Shown: one piece after another, positions 57,801-64,000 of the stretch
Numbering within the stretch: the stretch's first letter is position 1
How the letters are laid out: each line of letters opens with the position of its first letter
Source: a virus
Reading direction: 5' to 3' (one strand)
Length of the DNA: 64,000 nt
Virus record (IMG/VR): IMGVR_UViG_3300043419_000731
Span: 56,466 to 120,465 of that record
The notes under the pieces: model-generated
What the model was told of the DNA's origin: nothing
Seen by the model: the letters and a program-made list of their open reading frames with translations, nothing else
Database searches by the model: none
Position numbers and translations under genes: made by a program

Positions 57801-60064
57801 TAAGAGTAGGCATGCTTCAGTATGGTCTTACAGAAGAGGCTGCTAAAAAAGCAGGACTTAAGTTTACAGATTATTCTTCAAAGCTTGCAGATACAGCTGC
57901 AAGCATAACTGCACTAAGAGAAAAGAATCAGCTTTTATATGAGAGCATGCAAAAAGCAGGCACTCCAATTAAGATGACCATCGAAGAGTATAAGAAGCTT
58001 AGAAAAGAAGTTAAGACAGTATATGCTGACCAGATTAAGCTAATTAACCAGACCAAGGGTGAAGGCAATACAAAGAAGCTTGCCGAAGACTTAAAGGTTC
58101 AATTGATGGCTGCAGGTATGTCTGCAGAAGATGCAACTAAAAAAATCTGGGCAATGTTTAAGATGTCAAACAAAGCACTAACTGCATCAGCTTACACACT
58201 TCAGAATTCAAGATTCAATAGCATTGAAACAAAGCAAGACGCAGCAGCAAGAGCTGTTGGCGGATATGGAGCTGCTGCAAGAGAAGGCGGTAAAGAAGGC
58301 GCTAATCAGGTCAACACTGGCCTAACAGCAATTGATACTGGCATACAAGACTTAATTGATAAGAGCAAAGCAGCCAACAAGAAGGATAGCAGCAAGCCAA
58401 TATTGACAGAGTATGAAGCTCAAATGCAGATGATGGATAGACTTACAAAGCTTGATTCTTCAAGAGTTAAGTTAACTGCACAAACTAAGGCTGAAATGAT
58501 TAAGCAGAATCCAGCACTTAAGAGTGTTTTAAATAGTTCAGAGACAATGCTAAGCTTGTGGCAGAAGATGAATCTAGCTGCAAAGGGCTTTACTGGAAAT
58601 CTAGGTGATTTAGGCTCTGAAGCAGTTTCAACATTATCTAAGATTGCAGATGTTTCACTTGCAACAATTGCAAAAGAAAATGAAAATGGGCTCCTAAAAG
58701 ATCAGTATGCTGAGCTTGGAAGATTAGAAGGTCAGTATAAGAAGCTGCAGAAAGCAGCTAAGGGACAATCTGTTGCACAGCAAATCAGCACTAGAGATCA
58801 GCTGAAAGCTCTTCAAAAACAAATTGATGCAAATAACAAGCTTGCAGACTCAAGACTTAAAGCACTTGATGCAGCAAAGCAGGAATCAGATCTTGCAAAT
58901 CAAATTGCTAAAAAGAAGGCTGAGTACGAAGCAGCATTAGCAAGAGGAGATACTGCTACCGCACAACAGGCAGGTCTAGACGTCAAGCAGCTTGAGTCAA
59001 CAATGCAGTACAACTCACAGAGAAAATCAATTGAGGATTCAAGAGATAGAATTAATGCAAAGCTTCAGCTTAAGGTAGATGCAATAAATGATGCTAATAC
59101 AAAGATGCAAGACAATGCTGCATATGCAGCTGAAGGCCTAAGCAAGCTTGGTGATAGAATAGCCAAGCAGAAGCAAAAGATAGAAGATTTCAATAGAGCT
59201 ATGAATACGCTTGTTCTTAATGCAATTGCTGCAGGCAAAACTGTTGAAGAGTATATTAGAACTAGCAAAGCAGGAAAGGGAGATGCAGCAGATCTCGTAA
59301 ATACTGGAAAAGCAGCTGGAGTTCTTAAGGGTGACCTAAAGGGTGTTGATGTAGGAACTGAAGCTCTTAAACTAATGAATGGTCCTGTAGATGCAATCAC
59401 TTCAGCACTTTCATCAAAGGGCATAACAATGGGTAGCGGCGACATTATTATTAATGGTAAGAAGGTTGACCTTGGTGGAGACAAACCCATTGCTCCAAAA
59501 ACTGTAACTAAGGATGGACCAAAGGGGCCAATAAAGACAGTTGATCCTACAACAACAAAGCCTCCTGTTTTTGCTACATTAAAAGAAGCACAGGCAGCAG
59601 CATCAGATAAGACAAGGAATACTTTTACAAGTAGTGATGGCTCTAAATGGGTTCTAACCTCCACTCCAAAGTCTGGAGTTAAATGGTCTAGCGGAAACTG
59701 GAGTATTCCAGCTGTCAAGGCTGGATACGGAACAATGAAGCTTGATCCAATGGTTCCTACAATTGTTGGAGACCGTGGACCAGAGATGGCTTTTGGAGGA
59801 ATGATTATTCCTAATATGGCTAAGTTGCCATTTAGCTCTCCAAGATATGATGTTAATCAGGCAGCTAAGATATTTGAGCCGATGGCTACATCTTCAAGCG
59901 GAAGTGTAATCAATCTAACACAAAACATTTATCCATCAGACGGCATGAATACAGATGCATTTGTAAGACAAGTAGTGTCAATGACAAAGCAAGCAATTGG
60001 ACAAGATGCCAAGTTAAATGCTAAAATGGTTGGAACAACTAAGAATGTGAGCATCAAATCATGA
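51857..60064 (+). CDS. tape measure protein with inserted domains including a kinase-like domain
   Basis: 2735 aa; TP901-type core (GRQLTVGLTVPL...AF); GPEIFVP motif; kinase-like segment about 55930-56630. Confidence 0.9.
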   Translation: MADNNLTTFITANADFSSLRTQLAAVTAQLVKLQETTAGTNAKLANQIAVMNKSFADTMRSTGQFSTHFVSLSSDVEKFGKNLDRGRLKLSEYYNAWNSHTRKSGNLIKDLAKQQVMLENAIVQPVGKNAQGLMQYNVMVAKGLDEVKHKMALARQEAAIMNKVMLDGSNQLINWGKNTQWAGRQLTVGLTVPLVAFGAAAQKAFREADQELVRLTKVYGGLAATSSADLAQVRKDVANTAKEIAGAYGIAYKDTIALAADLAATGQQGNQLLESTQQTTRLAVLGEVDRQEAMKATLSIQNAFKQNTEELAQSIDFLNAVENQTSTSLADLVEAIPKAGPVVKSLGGDVKDLALYLTAMKEGGVNAAEGANAIKSAMASLINPTKVATEQFASFGIDLPGIVSKNAGNLTDTIMALQSALDNLDPLSKSRAIEQLFGKFQFARMSALFDNLGKSGSQTLQVMDLMKASATDLANISSRELKMLTESASGQFKRAWASVQADLAQVGEQFLKISTKILNVVSKIIEFFQNLPKPIKTFLNAIGGLTAIAGPLIMMAGVMGNFIGYVVKGIFHLRQLAKGGSAFKLLTPEIIAAEAAASGLATTFYSDSEATIVLSNAVNTLAQSFATLETKANAAKVAAGPAITTVAGSVISAGNPGGRMVDKDNPLIGKPHSRDMQHLIPSQTPQMGTIFGTVPGARPVNVRVGKNPQAYMNEDLPKIPGVTSVNSTSTGIVAQEAAKWHAMTAAIAMQSEAEIKALKTEVMATGTVTSSLTDSYQALLPQFSQITDLAAAEVKAIVVEVQQNKINVDQARAKIIQLNATVEAMLAETTAMTAATMGRTANLTTVPLTSQPVVDPVTGKSNMKEMFHKGTTKEIADRIARALGGVRTSGAGYNIQTTKPKFAKGGYVPGTGNTDTYHTTAEAGSFVINKKSTQENKPFIDSLLGGSSYYAAKGGQVPVVLTPGEAVIPASIAQDNMPLMYSLNGGPGNTSGMGRVKGGGVGGRPMTKAQYKKALRDYYNFISDANYEANIKARFIMLDAAEFMDQQPGLKTKDAITLATSNWREASVYHQDPEKWLATRANQIRAFDASQGPTKPLSLNINAGDQKNAGADTGVNRHLNKVRAAMLNMKEFEEAHADIKKIPKLSRKLASKKGFMLEGLVRGHGFRRGTVPLATRGFAGFAGIMPAGFNDIAAKLQAKNLQPDRIHFTQAGAIADFEGMIKNSGLHGFGTIDDLAAALEHDTRFKMAGATPSKPATPHQKDFLSKFLMTVEQGVRWVEKPKGHWVPAKAKLANKGGMIPGAPAQRLFGGGGVKFLGMPRAIKQVEQQRALKKAMEDANAAVGNSRFAKKTVTNYGELLEPTSGRSFPVPGIGGVYSKNGDRVFVKPVLDEKAALAEVRATQIAREVHGLKAPEQKIVVMRDPSDPKGARKILALESKYDPSFAEQDGKFTTDQYFKQLVASALRGDKDLAKGNLSGNILADVGPAGVFGAASGLRDYSKTMPSMKDQAMVNLLGVKGGGAKKFFAESTLDIPKGMTSEEYHSRMIKEIEDALPKLKTTVASFGLNAEEKIIYNAMIQRLADARRVNWAELHGVHSNVQVSQKRPMTPAAIAKMLEADELKRRQRGGAASLSDNAFKNDANGFAIGGLIGNVLKGKAMHRIGAGFGPTGAPKPSMYESAPWGVNSLSIDMADKLFASSGLRKHTQKLLYDKFAAALAQEKPYGYVKMPDGTLKNGLEPDSLDAVIRLAASNMISDRAVAKQLSPIDKDILRKKFMNWESKKDTPMTEALKKLIFSIEPREMGGPVSSNKPYLVGEKGPEIFVPRNAGGIIPNKSTMAQGYNAGGMIKMMLMSMLGMQGGMTLGKMSGIPGGEMIGSMLGSMLGMGSMGGGAAKLMTEKGKYTAPIGATAPGARVPFADGFKQTKNLTEYGTKLEKLSSSTNMFAKFGGYALKSVTRLNLAIGAGALALAIANRRWNDHKEHLRVGMLQYGLTEEAAKKAGLKFTDYSSKLADTAASITALREKNQLLYESMQKAGTPIKMTIEEYKKLRKEVKTVYADQIKLINQTKGEGNTKKLAEDLKVQLMAAGMSAEDATKKIWAMFKMSNKALTASAYTLQNSRFNSIETKQDAAARAVGGYGAAAREGGKEGANQVNTGLTAIDTGIQDLIDKSKAANKKDSSKPILTEYEAQMQMMDRLTKLDSSRVKLTAQTKAEMIKQNPALKSVLNSSETMLSLWQKMNLAAKGFTGNLGDLGSEAVSTLSKIADVSLATIAKENENGLLKDQYAELGRLEGQYKKLQKAAKGQSVAQQISTRDQLKALQKQIDANNKLADSRLKALDAAKQESDLANQIAKKKAEYEAALARGDTATAQQAGLDVKQLESTMQYNSQRKSIEDSRDRINAKLQLKVDAINDANTKMQDNAAYAAEGLSKLGDRIAKQKQKIEDFNRAMNTLVLNAIAAGKTVEEYIRTSKAGKGDAADLVNTGKAAGVLKGDLKGVDVGTEALKLMNGPVDAITSALSSKGITMGSGDIIINGKKVDLGGDKPIAPKTVTKDGPKGPIKTVDPTTTKPPVFATLKEAQAAASDKTRNTFTSSDGSKWVLTSTPKSGVKWSSGNWSIPAVKAGYGTMKLDPMVPTIVGDRGPEMAFGGMIIPNMAKLPFSSPRYDVNQAAKIFEPMATSSSGSVINLTQNIYPSDGMNTDAFVRQVVSMTKQAIGQDAKLNAKMVGTTKNVSIKS

Positions 60065-60522
60065 CATTGACTTTACCAGTAGGCTCTGCCCTTTATATAG
60101 ATACCTCTACAACAGATACTCCAACATGGGTAAAGTTGTCAGAGCATAATCGCTCACCTATATCAATTGATACAAATAGAATTGAAAAGACTCAAAGAAT
60201 GTCTGGCGGAACTTTAAGAAAAGTTTGGATTGCTGATAAGAAAACAATTAGCACAAGCTGGAGCATGTTGCCAACAAATGATGCTACTACTGTAGATGGC
60301 GGATATGGGGCGGCAGCCTTAAGATCATTCTATTATGGAGAAAAAGGCAAGAATACATTTAAGGTAAAGATTTCATATAACGGAGTTTCAGCAAGAGATG
60401 AGATACTGCTTATGTCATTTACCTCATGCTCATTTACTGTGGTTAAAAGAAATGTAAAAGAAAAAAACACAGATTCTCCACAAGAATTTTGGGATGTGTC
60501 AATCGGTCTGGAAGAAGTATAA
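60061..60522 (+). CDS. distal tail protein-like minor tail protein
   Basis: Directly after tape measure; ATGA overlap. Confidence 0.6.
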   Translation: MTLTLPVGSALYIDTSTTDTPTWVKLSEHNRSPISIDTNRIEKTQRMSGGTLRKVWIADKKTISTSWSMLPTNDATTVDGGYGAAALRSFYYGEKGKNTFKVKISYNGVSARDEILLMSFTSCSFTVVKRNVKEKNTDSPQEFWDVSIGLEEV

Positions 60523-63500
60523 TGTTAACAGCTTCAACCGCAACAGTTAATACATTAAATCAATCTCAATCTATTAATATTAAAAATGGATGCTGGATTG
60601 AATATAACATGAATGGCCTAATTGATAAAAAATCAATTGAAGCGGCAGATGGTGTTGTAACTGTTACTAAAACTGATGCTGCAGGAAATAAATATCAGCC
60701 ATTTGAAAAGCTATTTCCAATAACATCTATTATTGATCCAAGAAGACCAAAGATAGCAGGAATTAAATATATTATTTTGGGAGATCCAAGCTTATCAAAA
60801 GATAAGGGTTCTGGAGTCATAGATAAATACAAGACTGCAGCTAACTTCTCATCTAGATTGTATTTCTCAGGTATAAAGATGGCATATAAATATTGGGTCA
60901 CACCAGTGGCATCTGGAACATCATTATCTAATTGCGTATTAACTGCTAAATACCCTGCTGATAAAACTGCTGTTGTCAATAAGATAGTTATTAAGTTTGA
61001 AACATCTCACTCCAAGCCAGTTAACTGGACTTTGAAGCTAGCTGGATTAACAGGTACTGAAACAACTATTGCAACTAATGTGGTTGTGCCAGACAATGGA
61101 GTTGTAAACCTATATTATAATGGTAGCACATGGACAACAACAGAATTTACAACACCCCCATCTGGTGTTAATTTAAGTGCTTTAAAGCTTGAGATATCAT
61201 CACTAGATATAGCGGGCGGGTATGTAGGGGTAATAGAAATTTCACCTAGATACGTAATCGATGTTACAAATAGGCTTATCTCTATGACAATCAACAAGTC
61301 TTCTTCAGATGACATATCTGGAATTATTCCAGTAGGAAATGTTACAGCAAACTCAATCTATATTGATCTAAATGCTTATGATAAGAACTATGAGTATTAT
61401 GATAAGACCGTGCCGTTCAATAAAGATAAGCTCAACCTTTATAAGGATACAATTTTAAGGCCCTTTGTAACTATAGGGTCAGAAAAAATAAACCTTGGAA
61501 TATTCTATACTGAATCATTTTCTGTAAGTGAGTTTGGAGATGTAAGTGTAACTGGGCTAGATGGCGCTAAAGAGCTTCAGTATATAAAGCCACCAGATAT
61601 TGTCTGTGATAATATGACTTCAGTTGCTATCATTAGAAGACTGCTAGATTCAGTAGGGTTTACTAACTATAACTTTAACTTAACAACAACTGATACAACT
61701 GTAATATCTCCATACCACTGGTATACAGATCAGTCTAAAACTGTTTGGGAGCATATTCAAGATCTTTGCAAAGACACTCAGATGATAGCAACATTTGATG
61801 AGCTTGACATATTGCAATTTTATCCAAGAGACTACATATTTAAAAAAGATAAGCAGACTAACTTAAAGCTAAGAGATAGAAATATTGGCAGCAACCTTGC
61901 AAACATAGCTTCTCTATCAGTAGAGAATGTTCCATCTGTAAAAGCTGTTAAGATAATTTATACACCACAGCTTGTTAGTTCATATCGAGGAACAGGCGAG
62001 AACCTTTATGACGCTCCAGTAATTACTTTGGGCGCATCTGCAATTGTTAATGATATATTACCAATTCAGCCATCCTATACAAACAACTCAGGCGAGGTTG
62101 CAGAACTAGGAGTTGTTTCTTGTGAACCAGTCGTATTGTCTGGTCTTGGATCAACTCAATATTCATTTAAAGGATATTTAGTGGTTGAAAAAGAAATTAT
62201 TGAATATGATGCAATAGAGTACAGCTATTCAGAACTAAATACTGGAACAGTTAAGTATAAATGGATAACATCAGATTCAGATGTTGCAAAGTATCAGGGC
62301 CTTGCAAATCCTTCAACATTTAAACCAACCAACAATTATAGAATTAAATCTAGAAATGCATTCGGAGTCCTTGGCCCAGTTACCTCATCATATACTCAAG
62401 ATATGATGAATAAAGATATGACACATAAATTAGGAAATGCAGATGACGGCTGGACCCAGTTAGAGTGGGATTCTAAAACTGGATTGTTTACTTCAAGCCC
62501 AGGGTCAATGGTTACAACAAGTATTCCAAGTTATGATCCAAAAGGGCCAGACACACAAAAACTTTTGTACAATGGCGTATCAAGATCAATGGCTACACTT
62601 TTTGCTAATGACGTAACATATGTTCCAAGTTCTGATCCAGCAAAGCCAACAGACGATAAGTATATTCAGAATACATTATACAAGATTGCAACAACTACAG
62701 CTCAATATACAGGAAGTGCAGATAAAGCTTTTGCTATAGGAGCAAATATGTATTTTCCACTTACTGTTGATAAAAACACAAAGAACGTTACTGGCAATCA
62801 AATGACTATAGCGGGCCTTGCATTTTCATTAAGTGAAAACAATAAAAGCGGATACATGCTATCAATAGCTACAACTCAAAATAGCAATGGCGATAAGACA
62901 TATAGAGATGTTAATTTTTATAAAATTGTCGATGGTAAGCCAGAGCCAATGCTAACAAGCCAAAAAGATACAGATGGAACCATTATTACAAATATTAATG
63001 GCGGAGATTTATATAAGGTAGAAATTAAAGCTTTAGATATAATGAACGGGCCAAATGAGAATAGGGTGTTCAAGATTGCTTTAAATGGCAAGGTTATAGG
63101 TGTTACAGATTCTTCTCCTCTAACTCTTACAAATAAAATAGGAATAGCATCTCTTCAAGGAACAACCTCATTTGATTATGTTTATACTGCCAGCATTACT
63201 AAAGAAGAGTTTGGTATTGCTTCATCATTTGATGCCTATTCAGGATTTCTTTCTAGCAATTCTTCAATGGTTAAAACATTTAGCGATTTTGTTTTTAATA
63301 AAACCGATAAGCCAAAAACAGAAGTATGGCTAAGAGAATTTGGTCCAGTTGCTCGTGAGCTTAGAAGAATAACTGGTAGATACACAAACGCCCCAGGGTA
63401 TCCTTTATATCCACAAATTGTTCAAAACAACGATGTCACTTTAGTTGGATCAGCACTAGATCCATTTACCATGGATATATTTGTTATGAATAATACAGGA

Positions 63501-63929
63501 GCTTTTGCAGACCTTGCAAATGGTCAAGAAAAATCTTTTGTTGTTGTTGGAAATCAAATTACACCTTCAGATTCATTTGAATATATTGATCCAAAGTTAA
63601 CGGATGAAGACAAGGCGGAAGGAATAGCGTTTGACTCAGTTTGGATTCAAAAAGAATCAGAAGCGGAAAGCCTATCAAAATGGATTACTGGACAATGGTC
63701 TAAGCAGCAGAAGGTAGTAAGCGTAGAAACATTCATAAACCCATTAATTCAGATTGGCGATGTAGTTGAAATATCATATCCTTCAAGCCAGCTATATTCG
63801 TCTGAAGATATAAATCCACCATACGCTGTGGGTAAATATATAGTCTTAACTGTAGAGAATAACTATGACGATTCAAGTGCTCCAGTTACTAATTTAATGT
63901 GTAGATCAATCTACACTGAAATGGTATAA
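60522..63929 (+). CDS. large minor tail/hub protein
   Basis: 1135 aa; NPLIQIGDVVEI C-terminal hub-type motif; synteny. Confidence 0.7.
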   Translation: MLTASTATVNTLNQSQSINIKNGCWIEYNMNGLIDKKSIEAADGVVTVTKTDAAGNKYQPFEKLFPITSIIDPRRPKIAGIKYIILGDPSLSKDKGSGVIDKYKTAANFSSRLYFSGIKMAYKYWVTPVASGTSLSNCVLTAKYPADKTAVVNKIVIKFETSHSKPVNWTLKLAGLTGTETTIATNVVVPDNGVVNLYYNGSTWTTTEFTTPPSGVNLSALKLEISSLDIAGGYVGVIEISPRYVIDVTNRLISMTINKSSSDDISGIIPVGNVTANSIYIDLNAYDKNYEYYDKTVPFNKDKLNLYKDTILRPFVTIGSEKINLGIFYTESFSVSEFGDVSVTGLDGAKELQYIKPPDIVCDNMTSVAIIRRLLDSVGFTNYNFNLTTTDTTVISPYHWYTDQSKTVWEHIQDLCKDTQMIATFDELDILQFYPRDYIFKKDKQTNLKLRDRNIGSNLANIASLSVENVPSVKAVKIIYTPQLVSSYRGTGENLYDAPVITLGASAIVNDILPIQPSYTNNSGEVAELGVVSCEPVVLSGLGSTQYSFKGYLVVEKEIIEYDAIEYSYSELNTGTVKYKWITSDSDVAKYQGLANPSTFKPTNNYRIKSRNAFGVLGPVTSSYTQDMMNKDMTHKLGNADDGWTQLEWDSKTGLFTSSPGSMVTTSIPSYDPKGPDTQKLLYNGVSRSMATLFANDVTYVPSSDPAKPTDDKYIQNTLYKIATTTAQYTGSADKAFAIGANMYFPLTVDKNTKNVTGNQMTIAGLAFSLSENNKSGYMLSIATTQNSNGDKTYRDVNFYKIVDGKPEPMLTSQKDTDGTIITNINGGDLYKVEIKALDIMNGPNENRVFKIALNGKVIGVTDSSPLTLTNKIGIASLQGTTSFDYVYTASITKEEFGIASSFDAYSGFLSSNSSMVKTFSDFVFNKTDKPKTEVWLREFGPVARELRRITGRYTNAPGYPLYPQIVQNNDVTLVGSALDPFTMDIFVMNNTGAFADLANGQEKSFVVVGNQITPSDSFEYIDPKLTDEDKAEGIAFDSVWIQKESEAESLSKWITGQWSKQQKVVSVETFINPLIQIGDVVEISYPSSQLYSSEDINPPYAVGKYIVLTVENNYDDSSAPVTNLMCRSIYTEMV

Positions 63930-63936
63930 TGTTAAT

Positions 63937-64000
63937 ATGAGCAATCAAAAACAACAAGCATCCAAGCTACCTAAATCCAAAAAGCTATTGCTATTCCCAG
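63937..64000 (+). CDS. partial ORF running off window end, leaderless
   Basis: TGGTATAAT ends 6 nt before ATG. Confidence 0.5.
   Translation, partial: MSNQKQQASKLPKSKKLLLFP

Noticed and set aside
51857-60064. ADP-ribosyltransferase or peptidoglycan hydrolase domain in the tape measure
   Set aside because: No R-STS-ExE or SLT/NlpC motifs recognisable; only the kinase-like segment is supported

Overview
64 kb from a large, AT-rich tailed dsDNA phage (siphovirus-like; very long tape measure). The host is probably an actinobacterium (inference from GAAAGG ribosome-binding sites, leaderless genes and gene content). (1) 1-10.1 kb: minus-strand early/host-takeover-type region of mostly tiny ORFs plus a DUF932 gene and tRNA-Asp. 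It carries a 13-copy TGTCAG-N10-TAYAAT promoter motif, perfect CRP-type TGTGA-N6-TCACA sites, paired DnaA-box-like 9-mers and a CGACACGCCG repeat. (2) 10.2-19.4 kb: a modification-enzyme island (JmjC, SGNH, 2 TylF-like methyltransferases, 2 2OG-Fe(II) oxygenases), tRNA-Ile(UAU), a transglycosylase, class II RNR and a holin. (3) 19.4-42.6 kb: fibre/appendage genes, including two proteins ending in a Pro/Phe/Tyr repeat plus C-terminal Hint domain. The second is directly followed by seven prolyl-hydroxylase-like oxygenases, two DUF6065-like genes and a collagen-like S74 fibre. (4) 42.6-64 kb: portal, protease/scaffold, capsid, neck, tail tube, frameshifted chaperones, and a 2735-aa tape measure with an embedded kinase-like domain. 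Best candidate new system: a Pro-rich/Hint substrate plus hydroxylase cluster, i.e. phage-encoded protein modification/ligation. All family assignments are from motif recognition by eye; no searches were run.
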